A stretch of 64,000 nucleotides of DNA from Waterburya sp. (GCA_965217895.1 CBDCJV010000002.1:3584001-3648000), one strand, 5' to 3'; numbered from the stretch's first letter, positions 10,103-20,434 are shown. Program-made: numbers and translations. Notes: a model not told the origin generated them from the sequence alone.

Positions 10103-11430
10103 AGCTTAATTGACTATTTGAAACAAATACCTGATGAGCGAAAAGCAGGTGAATGAATGAGCATCTCAGTATACTCACAATAGTCAAGGTCAATGGATTG
10201 CAATTGATGGCAAAAGTTTGAAAAATACTGTCAACGACTGTTATGGACAACAGCAAAACTTCGTCATGATGGTTTCGGCTTTGACTCATGAAGGCGGGGA
10301 AATTTTAGGCATAAAAGTTAGGGAAAATAAGAAACAAAGTGAGATTGTCGCCGTGCAAGACTTATTAGAATTGCTGCATTTAAAAGGAGTGGTGTTCACG
10401 ATGGATGCTCTACATTGTCAAAAAAAACAGTCTCAGCAATTATCGACAGTGGTAATAACTACCTAATTGTGGTCAAAAGAAATCAAAAAACATTACATCG
10501 ACAAATTGAGCGGAGGAAATGCGTGGGTTTCCCGCGCTTATTCCACTCCGCTGTTGAATTTCAAGCAACAAGTACAAAGGCGATTAGTTGCTTTGAGCAG
10601 ATCGAGAAGACGAGAAATCGACTAACTCATCGAACTGTAGAAGTATTGGCTCCTCCATCAAACATTGATTCTCAATGGGTTGGAGTTCATAGTATCATCA
10701 AAATTTTCCGTTCGCGAACAAGAGGTAATCACGATTACGAATCGGATTCGGCGACTTATTATATTAGTTCTTTACCCAACTCCTTCGGAGTTAAGTAGCA
10801 AGTAGCGCGTTCTGGAGAACGCCGACATCGCTTCGCGATGGCGACACGCTCCAGCGTGTGCAAATAGCAGATAGCAATTAAGAAAAACTCCGAAGTTGGA
10901 TATGCAGCCTCTTCATTGATGAGGAAAAGATGAAAAAATAATTCAACTCTTGAATACATGCGGGCAAGCCCTTTGTCTGACACAGGAGCTATCGCTCCAT
11001 GTCGTCGTCTTCGACGACTTTGCAAGCTTTGCTTGCTGTGGCAGAGGTTGAACTTGCAGACGCGCTTCGCGTCTGGCCGTTGCGGAGCAACGTCGGCAGC
11101 CTCCAGGCTGCGCTACTTGTTATCTGCTACTTGTGAACAGCAACTTCTTGGCTTATTCCCCAAGGTATTGGCCGACATTGGGGTATCGAGAATCGTTGGC
11201 ATTGGGGAGGCACGGACGGCGAACCTGCGTCGCCGTATTGAGTGCCGTTTAAGGATGTCGTAACGAAAGAAGATAACAGCCCTCAACTTCACGGCAAAGC
11301 ATCCACAAACATCTCTTTGATTAAAAGTTGGGTTATTAACCTACTGAGAGTTCATGGTTTTGATTCTATGACTGAGGCAATCAGTTATTTAAGCCATAAT
11401 TTGCCATTATTACTTTCTTTGTGTCACTGA
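10103..11430 (+). pseudogene. ISAs1 transposase pseudogene
   Basis: Internal deletion near the N-terminus, frame change at the A-run in CQKK, and three insertions (10510-10557, ~10784-11150, 11207-11248). Confidence 0.8.
10796..11122. mobile_element. ~330-bp non-coding insert with 47-bp imperfect inverted arms
   Basis: 10796-10842 matches the reverse complement of 11076-11122 at 35/47 positions; it interrupts the transposase between SSLPNS and QGIGRHW. Confidence 0.65.
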
Positions 11431-11573
11431 TAGGTGTAGTGAATAGATTTATTCGCGATCGCATCTTCTATTTTGAGAATGAAACAGCCCTACCAATCTT
11501 GGGGGACTTAAGCTATATTCTCCCCCAGATTTGGGGGCAGGGGGGCGCAATTATAGCTTGATTCAGCAATGCC

Positions 11574-12539
11574 CTATTTTTCAATAGACAATTTTGAGTT
11601 ATCATTCTTGGCTGACACTGCTAAATAAATACCAAATAAAACTACGGCAAACGCCAACCAATTTAATAAGCTTAACTGTTCGGCAAAGATTACCATAGCT
11701 AAAATTGCTGCAATTAAAGGAATTGCTAACATTGATACTGCCACAAATCCTGAAGAGAATTTAGCCAAACTATAAGTTAAAAGCCCTTGTCCTAATGCCT
11801 GAGAAATTAAACCCAAACCAACAACCGCCAACCAGCCAGTACTAGAAATTGGTAGTAATTGTTCTCCTGTTAGCAACACCAAAGGTAACAAAAATAAACC
11901 CCCCGCTAAACTCGTCCACTGCATAATTATCGAAGTGGAAAACTGCACTCTCAACTGTTCCAAGCTCAAAATACTAATTGCGGAAAACATGGCTGCGGTT
12001 AAGGCTGCCCCATCTCCAATTAGACCACTATCTGCTACCTGCAAGTCCTCAATACCAATAGCTACTGCGCCAACTATTGCAACTGCCATGCCGACTAAAA
12101 ACCGTGGCGAAAATTGCTGACGCAAGATTAGCCAGCCAAATAAAGTAGTGAAAATTGGCATCATGTTGTTGAGCAAAGTCGAATTGGCAATGCTGGTTTG
12201 AGTTAAAGACCATGCCCAAAGTGAAAGCGAAATAGCAAAACTAATGCCTGCTATTAATAATAAAGAGATTGCCCTACTTGTATATAGTGTAGGTTCAGAC
12301 GGCAAATCTGGATCGAGATTGCTAGTTTTTTTAAAGTTGTTCCAAGTGCTGAATGCGATCGCGGCAATCAACAGGCGATCGCAAGTAATAGCATTAGGTT
12401 TAATTTCTGTAGACGCGATCGCAATAAGAATGGAAGCAGAAGCAATTCCTAGTAGAGCGATACATAAAGCTACAGGTGCAATCCAATTTGCTTTTGACTC
12501 TAATTCTTTGCCAATTCTACCGAGCCGAAATTGGTACAT
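11574..12539 (-). CDS. DMT/EamA-family transporter
   Basis: About 10 TM helices; TSIANSTLL, GLISQALGQGLL. Confidence 0.85.
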   Translation of the reverse strand: MYQFRLGRIGKELESKANWIAPVALCIALLGIASASILIAIASTEIKPNAITCDRLLIAAIAFSTWNNFKKTSNLDPDLPSEPTLYTSRAISLLLIAGISFAISLSLWAWSLTQTSIANSTLLNNMMPIFTTLFGWLILRQQFSPRFLVGMAVAIVGAVAIGIEDLQVADSGLIGDGAALTAAMFSAISILSLEQLRVQFSTSIIMQWTSLAGGLFLLPLVLLTGEQLLPISSTGWLAVVGLGLISQALGQGLLTYSLAKFSSGFVAVSMLAIPLIAAILAMVIFAEQLSLLNWLAFAVVLFGIYLAVSAKNDNSKLSIEK

Positions 12540-12776
12540 TTAAAAATATTAAATAAGAAAGCTAAATACTTTATTTAGTTAAAAGTTAAATTTTAAAAAT
12601 TGATGCGATCAATGATACATTTTGCTAAAAAGCTCGATCTTTAAAAGATTTAATAACAAAGAAAAGTCAAAGTTTCGTTTCTATTTCTTCAATTTGAGCA
12701 TATTTTGTCATGGCTTTAAGAGATTTTTTTCCCAACTCTGTCCGCTAATGCTGTATTTCTGTGACAAAAAAAAGTT

Positions 12777-12819
12777 TGTAGTTAAAAGTACAGTTTTTTA
12801 TATTAGAACTGTATACCGT
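12777..12819 (+). promoter_or_regulatory. NtcA-activated promoter
   Basis: TGTA-GTTAAAAG-TACA (GTA-N8-TAC), then exactly 22 nt, then TACCGT (TAN3T -10); GTATAC-C-GTATAC overlaps the -10. Confidence 0.7.
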
Positions 12820-12880
12820 ATACGAATATTGACATAAACATTGTCTGACGAAATAAATTTAGGGTGTGAGAAGTAAAATC

Positions 12881-14533
12881 GTGAATTTACTCAAATTTTT
12901 CCTTAAACAAAGTTGTGCCGCCTTTGGTTTTTCACTAATGCTTAGTAATATTGTCTACGCACAAGAGGTGAATGAAGATTTATCTTCTGACAAAAAAAGA
13001 CCGTCGGCATAGCCGACGGTCTTAGAATTCAGTAATTCTTTAGCTCAAGTCAACAATGTAGTTGAATTGAAAGATGTTGCTTCCAATGATTGGGCTTATG
13101 AAGCACTGAGGAGTTTGGTCGAACGTTATGGTTGCATAGCTGGCTATAGCGATCAAACTTTTAGGGGCGATCGAGTTTTAAGCCGTTATGAATTTGCTGC
13201 TGGTTTAAACTCTTGTTTGAACCAGATCGAGCGGTTAATTGCTCAAAGTGAAGCGGTCAGCCAAGAAGATGTGGATACCTTAAACAGGTTAACTCAAGAC
13301 TTTGAAGCAGAATTAGCAACTATTAGAGGACGAATAGATAATGTAGAAGCAAGAACTGCTTTATTAGAAGACCAACAATTTTCTACTACTACTAAACTTA
13401 CTGGACAAGCCTTATTTGCTGTGGCTGGTGCTTTTGGGGATGAAAAAGCCAATAGCAATGACTCAGTTGACGACCAAATCTTTTTTTCTGAGAGAGTGCG
13501 TCTAGTGTTTGATTCGAGTTTTAGTGGTAAGGATTTACTCCGAGTTCGTCTGCAAGCAGGTAACACTCCTGACCTCAGTGACGCGACAGGTACGAGAATG
13601 ACAAGGTTAGCTTTTGCTTCCCCTACCGATAATCAATTTATAGTCAATCAACTAGAATATCGCTTTCCCATTGGCGATAAAGGAGAAGTTTTTGTTGAAG
13701 CCTATGGTTTCCTCGATTTGTTTGTACCGACTCTCAATCCTTTAGATGGAGACTACGACACCGTAATTTCTGGTTTCGCCCTCCGTAGTCCGATTTATTT
13801 TCAAAGTGGTTTATCTGGTATTGGCGTTCAATACGATTTAACCGATTCGATTAATATATCTGGTGGTTATTTGGCTGGTGATGCTACTGCCAACGATCCC
13901 AATACTGGATTATTTAATGGTCCTTTTGGCGCGATCGCCCAATTAACTTTTTATCCAACTAAAAGCTTTGCTATTGCCGCAACTTATTTACGAGGCTATG
14001 ACGATGGTAGCGGTAACGCACCGCCTGGGGGCTTTTTTGGTAGTGAGAATGCTACCTCACCGTTTGGGGACAATATTTCAGCCATTCCTCCAGAAACAAG
14101 GGAAGAATCTAGTAATATCACCGCTACACCAGTAGCTTACAACTCCTATGGCATAGAAACTCAATATACTCTTAGTCCGAAAATCGTTCTAGGCGGTTGG
14201 GCTGGTTTTACACAAGCCGAAGCCAAAGATGGAGTTAATGATGGGGCGAATGCAGATATTCTTTACTGGGCAGCAGTTTTATCTTTTCCCGATTTGGGCA
14301 AAGAAGGGAATTTAGGCGGTTTGGTTTTTGGTCAACCTTCAAAGGTAATTAACAACGATGTAGGAGAATTTGAAGACCAAGACACTTCCTATGCGATCGA
14401 AGCATTTTATCGTTACCAACTTAACGACAATATTAATATTACTCCTGGTTTAATAGTCATAACTAACCCAGAACATAACGCAGACAATAGCACCGATTAT
14501 ATTGGCGCAATCCGTACCGTCTTTGCATTTTAA
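12881..14533 (+). pseudogene. SLH/OprB-type porin with an in-frame TAG after the signal peptide
   Basis: GTG 12881 gives signal peptide MNLLKFFL..VYA, in frame with ORF 13067-14533 (DWAYEAL, SRYEFAAGL, QFSTTTKL, terminal F); TAG at 13010-13012 lies within a palindrome. Confidence 0.75.
12997..13023. repeat. 27-bp perfect hairpin insert
   Basis: AAGACCGTCGGC-ATA-GCCGACGGTCTT. Confidence 0.85.
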
Positions 14534-14617
14534 GAGAGAGGAATAGCAACTCGTTTGGCTGATTTGCTAAATAATTAACCGCACAAACTTTAAGCAATTA
14601 TATGTAGGAGAAGAAAG

Positions 14618-16057
14618 ATGACCAATGTAGAACTTAACAATGCCTCTGAAACTATAGTTCCTAACCCAAGTAATTTAATTTTGGGATTAGAAGACAATCC
14701 TCCATTTCAAACCGCCTTTTTGGTTTCTTTACAGCACGTCTGCGTTGTTTTTGTCCCTAGTGTAACCCCTGCCATTTTGATCGGTCGCGCCCTAAAATTA
14801 GATGCTGCAAGCATTAGCTACATTATTGGTATGACATTATTTGTAGCTGGATTTGCTACCTTTGTTCAAGCTAGACGTATTGGTCCAATTGGTTCTGGTT
14901 TACTGAGTATTCAAGGACCAAGCTTTGCTTTTTTACCACCTATTTTTAGCATTATTGCAGCAGGTAACGCTGCCAATAAAACACCGGAAGAAACCCTGGC
15001 ATTGATTCTGGGTGTAGGATTTTTTGGTTCGTTTATCCAGATTATTTTGAGTCGCTTTCTGCAATTTGCTAAAACTGTTTTTCCCCCACTTGTGACAGGA
15101 ACAGCCGTAACCCTAATCGGTTTAACTTTAATTCGCTTTGGAATGTACGATATGGCGGGAGGAGATGCAGCCAAGACGGCTGGTGATTATGGCAGCCTGA
15201 GATATTGGGCAATTTCTATTCCCGTGTTTTTTACGGTAGCTGTCTGTAGCGCCACCTCAAATCGCTATCTTAGAATGGGGTCGGTGATTATCGGTTTAAT
15301 TGTTGGTTCTATTATCTCAGTCTTTATGGGTATGACAGACTTCAGCCAGTTAGGAAGTATACCTGCTTTTAATATACCTATTCCGTTTCGGTTTGGTTTA
15401 GATTTTAATCTAGCTACCTTTATTCCCTTTGCGATTATTTACTTTGCTACTTCTCTAGAGGTCATTGGCGATATTACCGCAACTTCGATGGTAACTGGAG
15501 AGCCGATTAGTGGTCCAAAATATATTAAACGTCTTAAGGGTGGACTATTGGGAGATGGGTTCAATTCGTTTATTGCCTCTTGCTGTAGTACCTTACCGAC
15601 GGTGACGTTATCCCAAAATAACGGAATTATCCAGCTTACAGGAGTTGGTAGTCGCTATATCGGCTTTTACGTCGGCGGTATTCTAGCTTTTTTAGGATTA
15701 TTTCCGATTATTGGCGGAATTTTAACCGCTATTCCTGCTCCTGTTTTTGGTGCAGCGATTATGCTGATGTTTGGTACGGTTGCGGTGGCTGGGTTTAGTA
15801 TTCTAGGTGAAATTGAGATGACCAATCGTTCTTTGATTATTGTCGGCGCATCATTAGCCACCGGGTTAGGCGTAACTTTTGTCCCAGAGGCACTAGTAGG
15901 ATTTCCTGAACAAATACGTGGTGTTTTAGAGTCAGGTATTTCTGTCGGTTCTCTTTGCGCCTTGATTCTCAATCTTGTCCTGCCAAAGTCATCAAAAGAT
16001 CGGATGCTTGAAGAGCCAGCCTCATTAGAGCCAGAAACAAATCCCATTACTAAGTAG
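14618..16057 (+). CDS. NCS2/NAT xanthine/urate-type permease
   Basis: LQH in TM1; NAT motif SQNNGIIQLTGVGSR. Confidence 0.85.
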   Translation: MTNVELNNASETIVPNPSNLILGLEDNPPFQTAFLVSLQHVCVVFVPSVTPAILIGRALKLDAASISYIIGMTLFVAGFATFVQARRIGPIGSGLLSIQGPSFAFLPPIFSIIAAGNAANKTPEETLALILGVGFFGSFIQIILSRFLQFAKTVFPPLVTGTAVTLIGLTLIRFGMYDMAGGDAAKTAGDYGSLRYWAISIPVFFTVAVCSATSNRYLRMGSVIIGLIVGSIISVFMGMTDFSQLGSIPAFNIPIPFRFGLDFNLATFIPFAIIYFATSLEVIGDITATSMVTGEPISGPKYIKRLKGGLLGDGFNSFIASCCSTLPTVTLSQNNGIIQLTGVGSRYIGFYVGGILAFLGLFPIIGGILTAIPAPVFGAAIMLMFGTVAVAGFSILGEIEMTNRSLIIVGASLATGLGVTFVPEALVGFPEQIRGVLESGISVGSLCALILNLVLPKSSKDRMLEEPASLEPETNPITK

Positions 16058-16081
16058 ATAATTAATGATTAGATTTGAGCG

Positions 16082-16213
16082 ATGAAAATCAAAGTTATTA
16101 ACCCCAATACAACTGCCAGTATGACCGCAAAAATTGGCGTGATCGCCCGTTCGGTTGCCAATCCTGAAGCTCAATTAATCTTTTTAAGCTTTTGTAACTT
16201 TAATGGGGTTTAG
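16082..16213 (+). pseudogene. N-terminal stub of an Asp/Glu/hydantoin (allantoin) racemase
   Basis: MKIKVINPNTTASMTAKIG matches the family N-terminus; similarity ends after about 33 codons. Confidence 0.7.
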
Positions 16214-16244
16214 AGGAAAAAACAGGACAAATATCTCTCGATGA

Positions 16245-16719
16245 TGCGATCTCTCTACTCGTACATACAGGAAGACAAATCTGGATCGAAATTGTTAGTT
16301 TTTTGAAAGTTATACTATTTCTCAAAAGTAACAAGAGACTTCCTTCGGGTTGGTCAAAGGAGAAAGGGGAAGGGTCAAAGTTTTGTATATCAGGCTTTTT
16401 CCCCTTTACCTTTAACCCGCAGGCAAGCACCCGAATGCATCGGGTGTTTGCCTGCGGGCGCATTCCGCGCCCTTACCCATCAAAAGTATCTATCTAGCTA
16501 TTTACGAGAAATGGTATTATTTCAAGTTCCAAAAGCGATCGCGGCAATCAACAGGCGATCGCAAGTAATAGCATTAGGTTTAATTTCTGTAGACGCGATC
16601 GCAATTAAAATAGAAGCAGAAGCAATTCCTAGTAGAGCGATACATAAAGCTATAGGTGCAATCCAATTCGCTCCAGACTCTAGTTCTTTGCCAATTTTAC
16701 CGAGTCGAAATTGGTACAT
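16245..16719 (-). pseudogene. Truncated second copy of the EamA transporter gene
   Basis: Near-identical N-terminus MYQFRLGKIGKELES..; interrupted by a MITE; 3' part missing. Confidence 0.85.
16313..16516. mobile_element. 204-bp MITE with a TTA target duplication
   Basis: IR TACTATTTCTC / GAGAAATGGTA; TTA at 16310-16312 and 16517-16519; absent from the paralogous EamA copy; long internal hairpin ~16416-16458. Confidence 0.8.
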
Positions 16720-16907
16720 TTATTAGGATGTCGAAGAATTTAAGCGTACTATATTTAGTTAAAAGTTAAATCCTCTAAATTGATGCGATCGATGATACAT
16801 TTTGCCCAAAAGCTCGATCTTACAAACAAAACATCAAACCAAAACCGTAATGGTCATAACGTCAATTAGCTTAACTGCCCATTGTTAATTGTTAATTGTT
16901 AATTGAA

Positions 16908-18419
16908 TTACTGTTCAATCCAATTTTTGGCTCTGCTAACAGCTTTTGACCACATAGCGAAATTCTCATGTGCCTGAGACTGTCCCGCTCCTGGTTCAAA
17001 TACCTTATCTACTTGGCGATCGCCTACTAACTTTTGGTAATCAGACCAAAACCCCACCGCTAAACCCGCACCAAAAGCTGCGCCTTGGGCGGTGGCATCT
17101 AACACTACAGGACGTTCTAATGCCACTCCTAAAGCATCTGCCTGAAACTGCATTAAAAAATTGTTTTTGGCTGCCCCACCGTCGATTTTGAGCAAAGATA
17201 CGGGTTTGTCACTGTCTTTGTTGACCGCATCCACCACTTCTTTAACCTGATAGGCGATCGCTTCTAGAACGGCTCTAACAATATGTTCTTTCTTTACCCC
17301 CCCAGTAATGCCCAAAAATGCACCACGGGCTTTCATATCCCAGTGGGGCGCACCCAAGCCACTTAAGGCAGGAACAAAATAAACTCCGTCGGTATCTTCT
17401 ACCTGGTTACATAAAGATTCGGTGTCAGCAGCATCTTTAATCAAACCCAAGCCATCTCGTAACCACTGAATAGATGCCCCCGTAGTAAAAATAGCTCCTT
17501 CTAAAGCATAGTTAGTTTGTTCTGGGGTACTCCATGCCACAGTTGAAAGAAGTTGATTATTTGAGCGGGTTACTTCTGTGCCTGTTTGTGCCACTAAAAA
17601 GCAGCCTGTGCCATAGGTGCATTTGAGTAATCCAGGGCGATCGCAGCCGTGAGCAAATAATGATGCCTGCTGATCTCCAAAGATGGCTGTAATAGGAATT
17701 TCTGTTCCTAATATCTGGCGATCGCTTTTGCCAAATAACCCCATGCTAGGTTTAATTTCTGGCATAATTTGACGGGGAATATCAAATAGATTGAGCAACG
17801 ACTCGTCCCAATCTTTAGTGTCAAGGTTCATCAACATGGTACGGCTGGCATTGCTCACATCAGTAGCATGAACTTGTTTACCCGTTAGATTCCACAAAGC
17901 CCAACTGTCTATCGTCCCCGCCATTACGTTATCCCAATTCGTATCAGGCTGATGCTGCTTTACCCAATCAATTAGCCAGGCTAGTTTGGTCGCCGAAAAA
18001 TAGGCATCTAACACTAAACCAGTTTTCTGTTGAATGACCTCTGCCTGTCCTTCTTCCCTGAGGCAATCGCACATAGTAGAGGTACGGCGATCCTGCCAAA
18101 CAATCGCTTTGTGCAGTGGTTTTCCTGTAGTTTTGTCCCAAAGCAAACAAGTTTCTCTTTGCACGGTTAAGCCGATAGCTGCAATTTCTGAAGCGGTAAT
18201 CTGGTTGTCGGCAATAACTTTTTGTATAGAGTCATTAGTGTCCCGCCAAATTTCTACTGCATCATGTTCCAGCCATCCAGGATGAGGATAATGTTGAGTT
18301 AACTCTTTATATACCTGACCGACAATATTCCCCTGGCGATCAAATAATATTGCCCGATTGCCTGTAGTACCTAAATCTAAGGAAAGAATGTATTTTGTGT
18401 CGGTCATTGATAATACCAA
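16908..18419 (-). CDS. glpK: Glycerol kinase
   Basis: DLGTTG, QRET, VWQDRR, YFSATK, GDQQA, KCTYGTG, DGGA. Confidence 0.93.
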   Translation of the reverse strand: MVLSMTDTKYILSLDLGTTGNRAILFDRQGNIVGQVYKELTQHYPHPGWLEHDAVEIWRDTNDSIQKVIADNQITASEIAAIGLTVQRETCLLWDKTTGKPLHKAIVWQDRRTSTMCDCLREEGQAEVIQQKTGLVLDAYFSATKLAWLIDWVKQHQPDTNWDNVMAGTIDSWALWNLTGKQVHATDVSNASRTMLMNLDTKDWDESLLNLFDIPRQIMPEIKPSMGLFGKSDRQILGTEIPITAIFGDQQASLFAHGCDRPGLLKCTYGTGCFLVAQTGTEVTRSNNQLLSTVAWSTPEQTNYALEGAIFTTGASIQWLRDGLGLIKDAADTESLCNQVEDTDGVYFVPALSGLGAPHWDMKARGAFLGITGGVKKEHIVRAVLEAIAYQVKEVVDAVNKDSDKPVSLLKIDGGAAKNNFLMQFQADALGVALERPVVLDATAQGAAFGAGLAVGFWSDYQKLVGDRQVDKVFEPGAGQSQAHENFAMWSKAVSRAKNWIEQ

Positions 18420-18660
18420 AATTCTACTTATGCTTGTAGGTTTACAGCAAAGTCAGGACTTAGAAATGTTTTATTAAGTTTTTTTTACGTTTTTGTTATT
18501 TTGGAGCTATCGCCATAGCAGAATTTTATCTTTCTGCTCAATTGGTACAGCAATAAACTACAAAAGACCAGCTTGAGGCTCGATCTTGACAAAATAAGCC
18601 CAGAAATTATTTAAAAGTTGTGAAATAAAGCTGGCAAATTGTCATCAAAATTGCATTTTA

Positions 18661-19761
18661 TTATTCATCAAAATTGATGGGCTTGCGTCTTGGCTGTCTT
18701 CTGAAATCTTCTGAATAATTATCATCTTCAGAGTCGTTGTAATTGTCATAGTCATCTTGCTCAGAATCATCGTAGTCATCATATTCATCTGCATACTCAG
18801 CAGCTTCAGAATCATCTAATGGCTGATAATCGACTACAAAATCACCAGGAATAGATTCATTTTGCCCATCATTGCTCCTGTCTGCCTTAGAATCATAACG
18901 GCTCTCTAAATCATTAGGATCATAATTATCATCATCATTTTCTGGTTCATCATAGCTTCTGCCTAAATCAGCTAAGTTAGTTGGGTTCGGTCTACTTTTA
19001 GCAACAGGAGGTGGAGTAGACTTGGGCATACGAGCGGGGCGGTCGGGATTCGTAGGGCGACGACTGGGGCGCGAAGCACTACGAGAACTATCTGTCCATT
19101 CATCTTGAGCGTTCCAACTATCATAACTATCAGAGGGAGTTGCGGAGGCAGGACGACGAGGGCGAACATCTCTTGCTACATAACTATCGTCAACTTGACG
19201 AGGACGTTCTACAAAGTCATTGGATTCTGAACGATTGCGACTTCTACTACGTCGAGGTTCGTCTCTAATCTCAGGAGCGGGAGAAGATGTTCTTTTTCGC
19301 TCAGAGGAACGACGAACAGGACGAGGTTGTGGATCGTCGTAGCCTCTTAATCTAGGGCTATCATAGTTTGGTTCTGCTCCTTCATAAGCGTTGTCGTAGG
19401 GGTCAATTTTGTCTAATTCTGCTTCGGTATAAACTCTAGTACGGCTAACTGGGCGATCGCGATCAACAACGGGAGTATTACGCCTAGCTTGCTCAGTGGC
19501 TACGCCCCGCATCCGAATGCTTTCAAAAGCAAAGAAAATTGCTGTTCCCGTCAGCAAAAATTGACCAAACTGCAAAATTGGATCGAGTCGCCACCCATTA
19601 AACAACAAGATAATGCCGCAAAGTAAACCCACCGCAGCAAAGAAAATATCATAATCTCTTGCCAACTCAGGGCGAATTGAACGCAGGAAAAACAGCCCAG
19701 CCCCTGCCACTGCCAAGAATAAACCTAAAATAGCTGCTGCATTTAGCCCGAAATTGACCAT
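18661..19761 (-). CDS. ycf66: Ycf66 family protein
   Basis: N-terminal RPELARDYDIFF..GWRLDPILQFGQ; low-complexity tail; syntenic with psbX. Confidence 0.85.
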   Translation of the reverse strand: MVNFGLNAAAILGLFLAVAGAGLFFLRSIRPELARDYDIFFAAVGLLCGIILLFNGWRLDPILQFGQFLLTGTAIFFAFESIRMRGVATEQARRNTPVVDRDRPVSRTRVYTEAELDKIDPYDNAYEGAEPNYDSPRLRGYDDPQPRPVRRSSERKRTSSPAPEIRDEPRRSRSRNRSESNDFVERPRQVDDSYVARDVRPRRPASATPSDSYDSWNAQDEWTDSSRSASRPSRRPTNPDRPARMPKSTPPPVAKSRPNPTNLADLGRSYDEPENDDDNYDPNDLESRYDSKADRSNDGQNESIPGDFVVDYQPLDDSEAAEYADEYDDYDDSEQDDYDNYNDSEDDNYSEDFRRQPRRKPINFDE

Positions 19762-20003
19762 TAATGTTCTCCTATATATGGCTTTATAAATTTTAACTGA
19801 TGAATATCTTGACTTTGACCAAAATTAGCTAAATTTATTTATTAAATAACTATTATCTGTTGCTGTTTCGGCGATCGCGTATTCTTATAAAAAATAATAG
19901 GGCAATGAAACATAGACACTACTATTACTGTCTTTTCTCTACGCAGAGAATATCCCATTGCCCACAAAAACCATAATAATTTAATGTCAGTACTGACAAG
20001 TAA

Positions 20004-20126
20004 TCAAGAACCGCGTTTAACTTTGTCGCTTTGACTCAGAACAATTAGGGCAATAGTTGCGGGAATAACTACAATCACAGCACCCAAGGCTATACTCAAA
20101 AGAAAATTGGTTAATGAAGGAGTCAT
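20004..20126 (-). CDS. psbX: Photosystem II subunit X (not in the ORF track)
   Basis: MTPSLTNFLLSIALGAVIVVIPATIALIVLSQSDKVKRGS; lies between ycf66 and yggT. Confidence 0.92.
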   Translation of the reverse strand: MTPSLTNFLLSIALGAVIVVIPATIALIVLSQSDKVKRGS

Positions 20127-20434
20127 AATTTTTTATCCTGATTAATTTTGTTTATTTAGTAATGATTTACGTTGTGTAATAATTTTAAAAGTTTTTTAGG
20201 CAAAACTAAAGCTATTTACAACACGGTGCTTTAAAAAGCCCATCATATATTGTAAGGGGATGGTGGTCATCAAATTCAAGCCAGACTAGATAAAATATAA
20301 TTTTTATTACTTAAATATAGTTTCGAGTCTAAGCCAACTAGTCCATAAAACAACAGTACAATAAATAACAGATATTTACATTGTGTAATATTATCAGCAC
20401 TTATCAGATTAAATCTCATTGATGTATTGATGTT

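Larger units (their letters stand above)
10016..11491 (+). mobile_element. Degenerate ISAs1-family insertion sequence
   Basis: Terminal IRs AGGGCTGTTTCATTCT (10016-10031) and AGAATGAAACAGCCCT (11476-11491); transposase fragments AIDGKSL, MDALHCQKKT, YYISSL, HWGIENRWHW, KDVVTKED; sits inside a CCCCCAAG..CTTGGGGG palindromic repeat. Confidence 0.85.

Noticed and set aside
10759..11263. ORFs 10759-11025 and 10958-11263, or a group II intron
   Set aside because: The ORFs are translations of GC-rich hairpin DNA; no recognisable intron 5' end or domain V.
16200..16726. ORFs 16200-16463, 16303-16497 and 16448-16726
   Set aside because: They span the MITE or are antisense to the EamA pseudogene.
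4792..16905. Heptamer runs (TTACTTA/TTACTCA at ~4792, AAGTAAA at ~6630, ATTGTTA at ~16880)
   Set aside because: Known cyanobacterial STRR-type repeats.
18661..19400. Acidic and Arg/Pro-rich low-complexity tail
   Set aside because: Usual for Ycf66.
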